IMG/VR virus record: IMGVR_UViG_3300015371_000015
Location: 15,661 to 79,660 of that record
Strand: one strand, 5' to 3'
Length of the DNA stretch: 64,000 bases
Source: a virus
Part shown: piece after piece, positions 46,272 through 57,617 of the stretch
How the letters are laid out: every line of letters begins with the position of its first letter
Numbering within the stretch: the first letter of the stretch is position 1
Notes under the pieces: generated by a model
What the model was told of the DNA's origin: nothing
What the model saw: only the letters and a program-made list of their open reading frames with translations
Databases searched by the model: none
Position numbers and translations under genes: made by a program

Positions 46272-49200
46272 TCGCGTTCAGAACAACGCCTTTAATAGGA
46301 GTACCTACCCCAAGGAGATTCGAATGAACAAGAGAAGATTTCTGATCGCTGCCACTGCAGCCATCGTCGGAGTCATCGTCCATCGGAACCTCAAGACCAG
46401 CACGCCCACCGTCCTGGAGCCCCCGGAACTTTCCCCGGAGCTTCAGAAGTGGGTGGACTACGTCGACGAGTACCCGAACCTGGAAGACGACCCGAAGATC
46501 GCACGCGCCATCGAAGTCCTCAACGAGACCGAAGACCCCGAGTAGTACCAAGCCCGCCCCGAAAGGGGTTAGGGTTTCTCGCGGATATTTCAACGGCTTA
46601 GATGAGATACCCATCCAGAAGGAGTAACACAATGACCAAGATCGTTGCTTTCTGCCTGATCCTTGCCGCCCTCGTCATGGGCACCCGCTACGTCAACGAA
46701 GTGGTCGACCAGTACAACACGCTGTCCCCGACCGCCAAGATCTACACGTACACGTGGTGCCAGAGTGACATCGGCGTCAAGGACTTGCAGGACCACATCG
46801 ACTGCGCCATCCTCAACGTCCTCTGATCCATCCAAGCCCGCCCCGTTTCCACAAGGGGTTAGGGTTTCGCAACTGCTTATATTTTTGCCTTCGCGGTGCT
46901 AACAACGGCTTAAATGAGACTATCCCATCTACCAAGGAGACAACTATGTTGCCCTACGAGATCAAGCCCTTCGCCGACCACCACAGAGAAGAGCTGGAGA
47001 AGGTACACAAGTTCCTTGACCTCATCCACCAGTCCTTCACGTCAAACGTCGTTGGCATCAGCGCCGAAGACGTACTGGCTGAGATGGACCGAGTTCAGAA
47101 CGCTCGTGAAGCCCTTCGCCGGTTCGAGATCTGCATGGCAGACGAAGTCCAGCAGAAGATCCGCATGCGCGACCGCTGGTTCGAAGCCACTGGCAAGAAC
47201 AAGCCGTAGCCTCAGACCCGCCCCTATATTCTAGGGGTTAGGGTTTCGCGAGTGAAACACCGCCTTAAGTGAGACCCTATCTAAGGAGACACCATGCCTA
47301 CACCCAAAGTGCACTGGCGTTGTGCCAACGTCGATGAACCCACGTGCATCATTCCCAATCCAAATCGGGAATACATCACGACGGACGACCCGACGAAGGT
47401 CACTTGCAAGAAGTGCATCAACGGCATATTCTTCCCGAACCACAGGGAGATTCGAAATTACTGAGCTAGGCCCTTTCGAGGGCTTAGTTTTTGCTCTCTG
47501 ATCGCGTAGGAAACAATGCATATAATGACACCTACACCATTCAGGAGACCACAATGTTCAACGACGTTTGCGGTAACTGGACCGTCTACCACAGCCTCGC
47601 CGTTTCGCTCTTCGTCGGAATGAGCATCTTCACCGGTAGCAGTGTGCTGATCGCCATCAACGAATGGCTCGCACGCCGCGCCGACAAGAAGCTCGCCAAG
47701 AAGAACGAGCAGCAGCCCGTGGTCGTCGACCCCGACACCGCCTACAACCACGCCATTCACGGCATCTGACATGTAGACAACCCGCCCCAGCATATCTAGG
47801 GGTTAGGGTTTCGCGTAGGTAACAACTCCTTAAATGAGATACCCATCCATAAGGAGAAGCCAATGAACATCTTCGACCTCTTCATCGCCTACATCCAGCT
47901 ACTGAGCCACGTGTTCCCGTACGCCGTCGTGTTCTGCCTGGGGTACTTCTTCTGCGACCACCAGTCCAAGAAGCAGTCCCGCCAGAGCAAGCGCCACGCC
48001 GTCGACGCATACGTCGCACAGTTCCCGGCTGTCAGCCGCCGAGAAGCCAAGAAGCTCATCACGTCCGACCCCATCCAGTAGTACCTCAGCCCTGCCCCAG
48101 CATTTCTAGGGGTTAGGGTTTAGTCTCCTCGCGGAGGGAACAACTCATATAATGAGATCCCATCCATTCTACGAAGGAGACCACAATGACACGCACGACC
48201 ATTCGCACCGTCGGTCGTGGCGCCAGCCAAGTGATCACCGGAACCGTCAAGAAGTTCCTGTGGTTCGTGCTGGGCGTCGCGCTCGCCGCTGCGTTGCTCG
48301 GAAGCCTCGTCATGGGCGTCATCATCAAGAACGTCTGATCCCAAGCCGTAATCCGCCATTCCCCCAGCGGGTTACGGTTTAGTTTCGCGCCTGAAACAAC
48401 GACTTAGATGAGACCCTATCCCAAAGGACATCATCTATGCACGCCATCCTCATCACCGAAGAGTCCATGCCCAAGATCATCAGCCGGGAACGAGCCCACC
48501 TCAATCTACAAGACCTAGTATTTCTGCAGACTTGTATCGGCAAAAACCGATATTTCGTCAGCGGGTACTACGACGGTAGGGGGAGGCTCGGCACCTGGAT
48601 GATGATGCCACAGCATGTTCTCGATAAGTCCTATGAGTACGACCCCGCCAAGATCCAAACCGATTGGGACCAGATCATCCGCAAAACGCCCAGCCCCTAG
48701 CCCAGGGGTTAGGGTTTCATTCATATCCGCATCAAAGGAGTAACACAATGTCCGATGAAACACCCACCAACGACGAGCCGACTCGCGAGCCGGTTCCCGA
48801 CTTCCACGCACCGAGAGACATGTCCAGGGGAGAATCCATATTCTTCTTCGGGTTCATCGCTGCCGCTGCCGCGACCATGGGCGCCATCGTCGTCTCTGCG
48901 ATCAAGCAGGAGAGGCGCGAGGAGGAGGCCTACCAGCTTGCTCAGCAGCAGAAGCGGGAAGCCAAGCAGGCGCTCGAGACGTGGGTCAACGACGAGCAGA
49001 ACGCCGGCAACAACATCTACAAGCTGGATGACGGGCGCTTCCTGGCCGTCGACCGGCAAGCTCCTCAGACCACCCACCTGCCGCGGGAGATCGTGGAGAC
49101 GATCCAGAACCGGAACGTCGTCTAGGCGTAGGGACGGGTTCGCGCATATTTCCACTCCTTATATGAGAGATCCCACCAAGGAGGTTTTATGTGAATGACC

Positions 49201-50020
49201 CAGAACTCCCATACGCCATAGCATTCCTCATCTTCGGAATCGCATTCTTCCTGCTTGTGATGATCCTGATATTCGTCGACTACCATCGAAAAGAAGATCG
49301 GAAAGATTCACGAGCAAGAGAGTTCGGCTTCGAAGGGAGCATGCTTCAGAAGGAGGCAGAGTCCTACAAGCCCAAGTGAGTGATCCAAGCCTTGGCCCCT
49401 CAGCACATACGAGGGGTTAAGGTTTCGCTCTCGCGCATAAAACAAGCCCTAAAGTGAGATACCATCCCACACTAGGAGTACCGCCATGGAATTGCCCTCG
49501 ACCCACGTCGCGCTTCCGCAGGACGTTTACGCCGAGCTCCAGGACACCGCCTACGGGCAGACCTCCACCCCCGCCGAGCGCATCGCCGGTACCGTGCAGA
49601 CCACCATCGTCTTCGCGGCACTGGCCGGTGCTGTCACCGGTGGGGCGTGGGGGATCGCCAAGGCGATGGACTGGTTCGAGGAGAAGAACTTCCAGCGCAA
49701 GCAGCGTGAGAAGGAGTACGCCCGCAACACCAAGTGACCGAAAGGTCATCTCAGAGCCTAGCTCTCCCAACGGGGAGTTAGGTTTTCTCTCGCGCATATA
49801 TCCACTCCTTATATGAGAGATCCCAACCCCAAGGAGTACCCATGAAGACCATCAAGAAGGTCATCGGCACTGCGCTCACCTACTACGCCCTCATCTACAT
49901 CGGCAACGTGGTAGCGCAGCTGTTCATGAACCTCGTGAGCCGGTTTCGTCACCACCCTGGAGACACCGAACTCTGACAACCTAACGGCCCCGGAAACGGG
50001 GCTTAGGGTTTAGTTTTTGC
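46272..50020 (+). repeat. Array of 12 small-ORF cassettes (promoter motif, RBS, ORF, terminator hairpin)
   Basis: ORFs 46324-46545, 46632-46826, 46946-47209, 47294-47464, 47554-47769, 47863-48081, 48186-48338, 48437-48700, 48748-49125, 49191-49379, 49486-49737, 49842-49976; 11 have the TCGCG motif upstream and 11 a GGGTTAGGGTTT-type hairpin downstream. Confidence 0.88.
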
Positions 50021-50245
50021 TACATAGTATGCACGTACATACTAAGGAGACATTTTGGACGAATGGAACGTCTTTTCCGACTCTCCCGATCCGGAACTTG
50101 AGCACAAACTCGGCGAACCCATCAAGGTGGAGAAGCTGTGTGAGTGCGGAGACCAGATCGCGGGACACGATCGCTTGGGGTGCATGAGTCGCGGGTGCCC
50201 TTGCAAGAAGACACTGCATGAATTGACCTACAGGGAGAAGAAAGC

Positions 50246-50554
50246 ATGAGCACTGCCACGCCGACGACCATCTTGCCGGACACTGACACCGATATTTCGG
50301 AGTTGGTAAATCCGTACGAGAAGACTGATGATCCACAGTGGCGTACTCACATCATCAATCCGCCGGCCAACCTCCATATTTGGGAGCCGGGTATGTCCAT
50401 GAAGGACGTGCTGCACGTTGCGCGCTCTCAGAGGCTCGAGGTAGTTGCGCTCTGTGGCTTCCGTTTCATCCCTGTTCACGACCCCGAGGACTTTGATGCT
50501 TGTGAGGAGTGTATGAGACTCGCTGGCGAGATCATGTCGAGCATGGGGGAGTGA
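50246..50554 (+). CDS. DUF3039-like zinc-binding protein
   Basis: H...VVALCG..F.P..DP....C.EC. Confidence 0.7.
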   Translation: MSTATPTTILPDTDTDISELVNPYEKTDDPQWRTHIINPPANLHIWEPGMSMKDVLHVARSQRLEVVALCGFRFIPVHDPEDFDACEECMRLAGEIMSSMGE

Positions 50555-50729
50555 GTCATGGCGCGTAGGCCGAAAGGACGACAGGTCCACGGAGGGGCAC
50601 CAGAAGCGCCTAGCAGTCTGCACGACCCGCAATACCGCAACAAGAAGCGAGAAGAAGACCGTCGGCTGCAAGAGCAGTACGACCAGAACTGTGGCCCCGT
50701 AACGGTCCGCAAGATTGGAGACACAGAAG

Positions 50730-51026
50730 ATGGCACGTGATCGCAAGTACGGACAGGTGGAGCTCGAGCACGGCAACTTCAAGGACGACGAGCTGATCTT
50801 CGTCTTCCGCGCGAGCGACCTGAACTTGCCTGAAGTCCTCTACAGCTACATGCAGCTGTGCATGCAGAAGGGATCGCCCAAGTACCACATCGACCAGATC
50901 ACCGAGGCCTACAACGAGGTCAAGAAGTACCAGGAGGAGAACGCACAGGACGTCCATATTCCGACGAGCCAGGGCTTCAAGCGCCGGCAGAGGGAGGCAG
51001 AAAAGGATGGGAATCGAGGGGCTTGA
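50730..51026 (+). CDS. Conserved phage protein
   Basis: DE..FVFRASD..P.VL..Y pattern. Confidence 0.65.
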   Translation: MARDRKYGQVELEHGNFKDDELIFVFRASDLNLPEVLYSYMQLCMQKGSPKYHIDQITEAYNEVKKYQEENAQDVHIPTSQGFKRRQREAEKDGNRGA

Positions 51027-51095
51027 GGTACTGAAGGACGAACCCGATATTTCAACCGCCAAGCAAGATCCAGAAGAATCAGTGAGGGAGACAGC

Positions 51096-52241
51096 ATGAC
51101 TGTAGTAACTGACACCGCAGCAAAGATCAACGCCCACAACGGCAAGGTCACCGAAGTCATCGGGGATAAGGATGCCCTGACCCTCGAGCTGGCCCAGCAG
51201 GTCGACGACAGCGTGCAGGCGATCACGGCCAAGACCGAGGCGCTGACGACCACCCAGCACGAGCTGGAGGTCATGACGCAGAACCGCAACACCTTGCAGA
51301 CCCAGTTCAACGAGTACAAGACCAAGTACCCGCCGACGACCCAGCCGCCTGTAACACCGCCGACGACAGCCTTCAAGACCAAGTTCGGTCTGGGCGGTGG
51401 GAACGTCCAGCGCACGGGCATCGACCTGGACCGGCGCTACTACGGCCCGAGCGACAAGGCGAAGGCGATCGCCGACGTCAACACCAACGAGGGCAAGGGC
51501 ATCACCACCTGGCTCTCCTTCAAGTGCCCCTTCAGCTGGTCTCGCATGGCTGCCGGCGAGGGCAACGCCTGGGCCAAGGACCTGTTCACGGGTCTGATCA
51601 ACGAGGTCAAGCCGGCTCAGGATGACGCCGACAAGATCGACGAGGTCTGGGTTTCCATTCACCACGAGCCTGAGGGCGATGACGACGAGGACCTGTGGCG
51701 TCAGTTCCAGGGTCAGCTCGCGCCGCTGGTGCCCGGGGGTCCTGCTGGGCCGCTGAAGTACTTCCTCACCACGACTGGGTGGGGTCAGGAGTTCAACGCC
51801 AACCGCGTTGCCGAGGAGGTCGACTGGGAGACCAACCTCTTCCCGACCGACCAGGCCAAGTTCATCTACGGCATCGGCTACGACGCTCCGTACAACACCT
51901 ACGGCAAGATCTACAAGGCCGGCGTTGCCACTGGCGAGGTGAACAACAAGGTCACCGACCCGTTCATCTACGTGGACGCTCTGGCTCGCCGCGGTGTGCA
52001 GTTCGGAGTCGAGGTCGCCATCGGCGAGTGGGGATATTCCGACGAGATGTTCGCCAAGGACGGCGGACTCTGGGCTCAGCAGGTGATGGACCGGTGCCGG
52101 AACAACCCCATCAAGCAGCTCCGGGGCGCGGCATATTTCGACACCAAGCTGAACAGCTCGCACAGCTGGTACCTCGGAGACGCGACGTCAGCCAAGCGCA
52201 AGCACCACATGGGGCTGATCGCTGCTCGTCGGGCAGCGTAA
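51096..52241 (+). CDS. Glycoside hydrolase (GH26/clan A-like) with N-terminal coiled coil and Pro/Thr linker
   Basis: HHEPE acid/base motif, GIGYD, AIGEWG nucleophile motif, AAYFD. Confidence 0.7.
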   Translation: MTVVTDTAAKINAHNGKVTEVIGDKDALTLELAQQVDDSVQAITAKTEALTTTQHELEVMTQNRNTLQTQFNEYKTKYPPTTQPPVTPPTTAFKTKFGLGGGNVQRTGIDLDRRYYGPSDKAKAIADVNTNEGKGITTWLSFKCPFSWSRMAAGEGNAWAKDLFTGLINEVKPAQDDADKIDEVWVSIHHEPEGDDDEDLWRQFQGQLAPLVPGGPAGPLKYFLTTTGWGQEFNANRVAEEVDWETNLFPTDQAKFIYGIGYDAPYNTYGKIYKAGVATGEVNNKVTDPFIYVDALARRGVQFGVEVAIGEWGYSDEMFAKDGGLWAQQVMDRCRNNPIKQLRGAAYFDTKLNSSHSWYLGDATSAKRKHHMGLIAARRAA

Positions 52242-52419
52242 TGCCAGCCTCTCTCGGGGAGGATGTACAACACGTAATCAGCGCTGGGAACGGGGTGCCT
52301 CTCTGTCAAATGCCGGAGGGGGCCCTGTTCTTCGGCCTGATGTTCGAAAAAGGAAAGTTCGAACTGCAACTCTGCCCCGAATGCGAAGCCATATTCGAAT
52401 CGCTGAAAGAAGTGATGTC

Positions 52420-52668
52420 ATGACAACTACGATGGACAACGAAGAGCCGGACCTGACGGTCACAGACGCCAAGGAGTACTTGAGGACTGAGGGTCTTAAG
52501 AACTTCGAAGAGCGTCTTGCAACCCGTCGGGAAAGGCTGGGGCAGGCTTGGTTCAACAGCCTGCCAGTGGACGACCAGGACAAGCTCCGAGGGTCGCTCT
52601 ACGACCCCTTCCACAAGACCAAGTGGGCCGATATTCTCAAGGCCCTTCGCTTCCTGTTGGAGAACTGA
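52420..52668 (+). CDS. Hypothetical protein
   Basis: RLGQAWFNSL..DPF pattern. Confidence 0.6.
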   Translation: MTTTMDNEEPDLTVTDAKEYLRTEGLKNFEERLATRRERLGQAWFNSLPVDDQDKLRGSLYDPFHKTKWADILKALRFLLEN

Positions 52669-53066
52669 TGCCCGAAGTCGAGCGTATGGACGATGAGGCG
52701 ATTCGGGAACTGGCTCGAAGGATTGTCATCAACGAGGTTTATGCCGCCTGGACCCCAGAGCAGCTGGACTACTCGTTCTCGATGATCCTCATGCTTGGCG
52801 GGCACACGATGACGCCTGAGTTTGCCGAGTCGATTGGCTTGGTTTACGAGGAGACGCACAAGGCCAGCGACCGTGCGGTCAATGGTCACCCGGTGTTCAT
52901 GTCGTGCAGGTACGCGCACGCTGATGACCGACACAAGATCATGTTCGAGGTCCTCAAGATGCAGCACGCGATTGGCTCGCTGACGGACGAGCAGATGGCC
53001 AAAGCTCAAGCAGACTGGGATCGACTACAGCAGCACATCAAGGAGAGTGAGGCAACTGATGGATGA
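52668..53066 (+). CDS. Hypothetical protein
   Basis: Coupled ORF. Confidence 0.6.
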   Translation: MPEVERMDDEAIRELARRIVINEVYAAWTPEQLDYSFSMILMLGGHTMTPEFAESIGLVYEETHKASDRAVNGHPVFMSCRYAHADDRHKIMFEVLKMQHAIGSLTDEQMAKAQADWDRLQQHIKESEATDG

Positions 53067-53559
53067 GGATCTGATCACCAACGTGCCGGTCCTATATTTG
53101 GACTTCGACGGCACCGTACGAAAGGGCTTCGACGAGCTCGGTTACTTCGTCAACGATGCTTCCCAGGTCGAGGTCTTCCCTGAAGCTCGGAAGCTCATTC
53201 GTGAGTGGAAGGACAAGGGCGGCCGCGTCGTCGGCGTGACCAACCAGGGTGGTGTCGGGCTGGGCCACGTATCGATGATCGCCATGAAGGGGGCTCTGAA
53301 GGAGACCAACCGTCAGTGCGACGACCTCTTCGATCGCATCATGGTCTGTCCGCACAAGCCCACTTCGAAGTGCGACTGTCGCAAGCCCAAGACCTTCATG
53401 GTGCTCAAGGCCGTGGTTGAGATGGGCAAGTTGCACCCGGGGGAGAATTACCCGGTATCAGATGCCCTATTTGTGGGTGATCGACCCGAAGATCGGGCTT
53501 GCGCAGAAGCGTGCTCCATATCCTTTATGGACGCTGCTGAATGGAGGGCGATGGCGTAA
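53059..53559 (+). CDS. HAD-IIIA phosphatase (GmhB/HisB/PNK-phosphatase-like)
   Basis: LDFDGT, TNQGG, CPH, C.CRKP, VGDR.ED. Confidence 0.88.
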   Translation: MDEDLITNVPVLYLDFDGTVRKGFDELGYFVNDASQVEVFPEARKLIREWKDKGGRVVGVTNQGGVGLGHVSMIAMKGALKETNRQCDDLFDRIMVCPHKPTSKCDCRKPKTFMVLKAVVEMGKLHPGENYPVSDALFVGDRPEDRACAEACSISFMDAAEWRAMA

Positions 53560-54295
53560 TGCACTGGCGTGATGAGCCTCTGACCAAGGGAGAGATGCAC
53601 GATGCTCTCATCAACGCTGCACACGAGGTAGAAGCCAACGTGAAGGCGCTGAAGGAGAGCTTCAAGCTCGTTCCTGGATTCTCGAGGATGGCCAAGCCCA
53701 TCGTCAAGCTGACTGTCGATATTCTTCGAGGAACGGCTAAAGCAATCTCAGGAGGTAAGTAGTGGCCTGTAAGCCCAAATGCATCTGCAAGTGCGACCAC
53801 AGCGGATGCGAGTGCTGGGATGGGATCGGCTTCGCCCAGCTCCAGCGCGAGATGAGCGACAAGATCAACACTGATCTGAAGGAGACATCATGACCTGGCT
53901 CGACGTGCTCAAGATCGCGGTGCTGATATTCATGGCCATGTGTGCCGTGTGCGTCTGCATCTCGATGTACAACGACGGTAAGGCGCAGTCGACCTTCATC
54001 GTCAAGAACGGCCGCTATCCTCGAAAGCACGAGAAGGACCCGGACGTCAAACTCGAGGCCGTGCAGTGAGCTATATTCCTCGGAAGACAACACTGCTCAC
54101 GGAGATCGAAGACAGTCTCGAGGTCATCAACGAGGCGATGGACGAAGTCCGCAAGTCCACTGAGCCTGGTAAACCATTCGAGGGGTTGCGACCAGAAGAG
54201 CTCAAGGACGCACAAGGTCGCCCGCTCCTGGCCGAGCTGGTGTCAACGAAAGCTCAGCTCATTCTCGCAGAAGCGATGTTAAGTAAGGAGGGTTA

Positions 54296-55105
54296 GTGGA
54301 CAACCAGTTCTGGAATTACCTCATCACAGCGGTGGGGCTTTTCGGGTTTTACCTGGCTGGCAAGAAAGTATGGTGGTGTTGGTATGTCAACATCATCAAC
54401 CAGGTCTTGTGGTTCACCTACGGGTGGGTCACCGATCAGTGGGGGTTCGTATTAGGTACGTTCTTCTACACGTTCGTCTTCGTCAAGAACGCCATATCTT
54501 GGACGAAGGAGCACAATCGAACCAAACGCAACATCGCGCCAAACCCGCTTAAGAACATCATTCCGCATGACCCAAGTCCAACAGTCAGCTTCCGTTTCGA
54601 TGCCAGTGGCTTCCAAGAGGGAATGCTCTTGACACAGCAGGCAATGGACGGGCTGGTCGACCGCTTCGAGCATGGACCGAAGCGTTGGCGCTGGCTGCCT
54701 CTGTGGATTCGTAAGCGGATATTCAAGAAGCCCCCGGCAAAGTGGGGGCAGTCTGGACCTCAGATCGGTGAGGTTACCAGCATGGAAGAAGATGGCAACG
54801 GTATCAGAGCCACCATGACGATCGATCGCTCGACTGTTGCCGGACAGGCAGCCTGGGATGCGATCAGTTCGCCCGGGCCGTTCAGCATATCTGAGCAAAG
54901 GCGTAGGGACGCGCTTGCGAACTACGGGTTCGACTCGGCCACATGCATCAGCACCACTACATGGCAAGGTCGAGAGGTGGCTTGCGAAACAGATGATCAT
55001 CCGCACGGCATGCATCATCAAGCTATCCTCGCCGACATGATGCCGCCGCTTCAAGTGTTCTGGGACGACCATGGTGGGACCACCGCGGAAGAATTGAACG
55101 ACTAG
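54296..55105 (+). CDS. PnuC-like membrane N-terminus fused to a soluble domain
   Basis: Three Trp-rich TM segments (LAGKKVWWCW). Confidence 0.6.
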   Translation: MDNQFWNYLITAVGLFGFYLAGKKVWWCWYVNIINQVLWFTYGWVTDQWGFVLGTFFYTFVFVKNAISWTKEHNRTKRNIAPNPLKNIIPHDPSPTVSFRFDASGFQEGMLLTQQAMDGLVDRFEHGPKRWRWLPLWIRKRIFKKPPAKWGQSGPQIGEVTSMEEDGNGIRATMTIDRSTVAGQAAWDAISSPGPFSISEQRRRDALANYGFDSATCISTTTWQGREVACETDDHPHGMHHQAILADMMPPLQVFWDDHGGTTAEELND

Positions 55106-55145
55106 TCCCCCGGAGCTATTTTCTCATTTCGTTTATAGGAGACAA

Positions 55146-55610
55146 GTGAACAAGAAGAACATTCTGAAGTATGGAATCCGCGTCGCCGTCACCGGCATTG
55201 TGGCATTCCAGCAGTACACCATCATTCTGACCGAGCGCCAGCGCAAGGCCGAGAAGCAGAGGGCAGACGTCATCTCTGCCATGTACGGATCGCTGGTGGA
55301 CTTCGTCGGCATCGACGCCTACAACGCCTGGGAGGCACGCATGGAAGAGCTGTACCCGTTGGACGCAGACAACAAGGAGCCGACTGCTCCTTCGCCTGAG
55401 GTTGTGCCTGCACCGGTTGAGGAAGAGTCCGGTCAGGACCCGGCCTTCGACCCCGCGCAGCTGCCTGAGCCGGTGAGTGAAGACGAGGTCGAGGAGCTCG
55501 AGACTGGCGAGGCCATCGAGATCGCCGCGCCCATCGACGATATTCCCGAGGAGAGTGATGACCAAGCCGACAGCACGGACGAAGAAGCGCCGGCGGAACG
55601 GGAAAACTGA
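55146..55610 (+). CDS. Hypothetical protein with acidic tail
   Basis: RBS AGGAG. Confidence 0.6.
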   Translation: MNKKNILKYGIRVAVTGIVAFQQYTIILTERQRKAEKQRADVISAMYGSLVDFVGIDAYNAWEARMEELYPLDADNKEPTAPSPEVVPAPVEEESGQDPAFDPAQLPEPVSEDEVEELETGEAIEIAAPIDDIPEESDDQADSTDEEAPAEREN

Positions 55611-55797
55611 TCCGGCCTATTGCCCTAGGTGTGGGCATGACAAGTTCGCAATGACGGGCAGCAAGAGCTCTCTCAAACGCGAATGCGACAAGTGCAAGCA
55701 CACCTGGCCGGCCTGATTCGCGGGTGAAACAACCGCTTAGATGAGACCCAGACAACGGGTCTTCTCTTTGTCTTTCCATATTTAGGAGCTGATTCAG

Positions 55798-56220
55798 ATG
55801 GACGAAAAGAAGCAGGTGATCAAGGCCTTTGGCGAGGTCACCGGCCGAACTCCTGCGAACCTCAACGCGATTTTGAAGATCTTGGCGCACCCCGACATCA
55901 TCACTCAAGCCCGCGCATATCTACAGGCCAACGACACAACCGATGCCTGCCAGAAGTACCAACCGCCGTGGAACTGCCTGATGGAGAGCGAGGCCAATGC
56001 TCAAAACTTCAGCCCTGGTTGGGCCCGAGAAATACACGAGGTCATGGAGAACTGGTGCGTCAACTGTCGTGACCGTCTTATCGGGGAAGATCCCGGCGAT
56101 ATTGTCATCATGGACGAAGACTGGCTCGAGACAGATGACCTTCCAGGAGGAAAGAATGACGTTGGGGACAACCCATGGCGCTGCAGCGGACTCGACTTTG
56201 ACGCTGATTGCGGGGCGTAG
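55798..56220 (+). CDS. Hypothetical Cys-containing protein
   Basis: After motif 55718; RBS AGGAG. Confidence 0.55.
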   Translation: MDEKKQVIKAFGEVTGRTPANLNAILKILAHPDIITQARAYLQANDTTDACQKYQPPWNCLMESEANAQNFSPGWAREIHEVMENWCVNCRDRLIGEDPGDIVIMDEDWLETDDLPGGKNDVGDNPWRCSGLDFDADCGA

Positions 56221-56617
56221 CGTGGGATTCCTGTCGTTCCAGTACGAGAGCGCAGGGGCATATTTGGACTTCCTGTCCATCGACATGGCAATGCTCTGCA
56301 ATGTCGAAGCAACGATGCCGGGTCTAGGAGATGGCTCGGGGTTGCTGCGTGCGGTCTGCGCATTTCTTGATCGAAACAACATGTCGTGCATGCTGTACGT
56401 CCGGTCCGATGGCCCTGAGGGGTGCATGGACAATGCTCAACTTATCAAGTGGTATGAGAAGTTCGGCTTCAAACTTCAACCCACACACCCGGACCTTCCC
56501 ACTCAGATGGTCCGTCACCCACAGGAGACACACTATCATGGCAAAAACCGTAAAGCCCCTCGACCAGGTAGTCGACGAGGCAACTCTTCGTTTAGCCGCT
56601 GGTATCGCGGTACCTAA
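56156..56617 (+). CDS. GNAT-like acetyltransferase
   Basis: GLGDGSGLL acetyl-CoA loop; LIKWYEKFGF. Confidence 0.65.
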   Translation: MTLGTTHGAAADSTLTLIAGRSVGFLSFQYESAGAYLDFLSIDMAMLCNVEATMPGLGDGSGLLRAVCAFLDRNNMSCMLYVRSDGPEGCMDNAQLIKWYEKFGFKLQPTHPDLPTQMVRHPQETHYHGKNRKAPRPGSRRGNSSFSRWYRGT

Positions 56618-57203
56618 GGAGCTCATCGTTGAGTCGTATGATGCTGGTCAATTCATCACCCCGCGATCGGTCCAGGACTTTCTGCGGCTCTTCAGCTACA
56701 AGCCCAACTGGATCTTCGGCTGCTTCCCTAGGGGTTATGCTGGATTCCCGTCACCGGAGAATCAGAACTCGGGGATCTGGGTCAAGATCGAGATGTACGT
56801 GGAGAACAGTCGCCCATCATTCAAGCCGTGGGACTTCAACCGGATGCAGGACGACGCTCACCGCGATCTCGACCGGTACTACGACGACATGAGGTATGAC
56901 TACCGCGCCATGATCAGGCCTCCTCGCACGCCTCAGCTGCTTTCGCCTCGAACCGAGGTGCAGCCGGTGGGCGGGGACTTCGAGGTGCCGGCGCTCATAT
57001 CTTGCGAAGCGGAGTTCTTCGACTGGCTGCAGTACGCCATCACCTATGTGGAGAACCATGAGCGGGATGAGTGGTTCAAAGTCAGGGGTCTGGTGCCGTT
57101 CGACCCGCACAACCCGCAAACCCCCATGCTCAACCCGAACGACTGGAACTGGGAGGCCTACAAGAATGAGAGAAGGCGAGTGCGCGCCGGCAAGCTCGTG
57201 TAG
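56538..57203 (+). CDS. Hypothetical protein
   Basis: RBS AGGAG; SYKPNW..E.HERDEWF..FDPH. Confidence 0.65.
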   Translation: MAKTVKPLDQVVDEATLRLAAGIAVPKELIVESYDAGQFITPRSVQDFLRLFSYKPNWIFGCFPRGYAGFPSPENQNSGIWVKIEMYVENSRPSFKPWDFNRMQDDAHRDLDRYYDDMRYDYRAMIRPPRTPQLLSPRTEVQPVGGDFEVPALISCEAEFFDWLQYAITYVENHERDEWFKVRGLVPFDPHNPQTPMLNPNDWNWEAYKNERRRVRAGKLV

Positions 57204-57617
57204 CTGCATCGGGCACTACTTCCCTGGGGTTTCGCACATCGCGCCCTGCTGCGACACACCCCATATTACCCAAGAAGAATTCGACAAGTCCGTGCAATGG
57301 AAGCACGACGTATTGGAGCTGATGTCAGATGATGGAACTAGCGCCGGTGCAGGCGGAGAAGGGTCCGAAGGGAAGGCTACTGGTCCCAGCGGGCTTCATT
57401 GAGTGGGGTGAGCACCTTGAGGCATGGCAGGCCTACTCGAAGCTCTACCCGGGACAGAGTGCTGAGCAGATCGCTGTGGCGGGAGGCTTCGGCTGGAACG
57501 AGCTGGTCCGATATTTGACTCGAGCGCCGAGAACGTGGCGGCCCAGAGACCCGAAGCTGGCGGAGGAGTACGAGCCGCCGGCTGGCAAGGTCGGGCTCTG
57601 ATGGAAGTGAACGATCC

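Noticed and set aside
46545-50020. Integron attC sites (GTTAGG resembles GTTRRRY)
   Set aside because: Hairpins are mostly about 30-50 bp, RYYYAAC is mostly absent, cassettes carry their own promoter motif, and no tyrosine recombinase is seen
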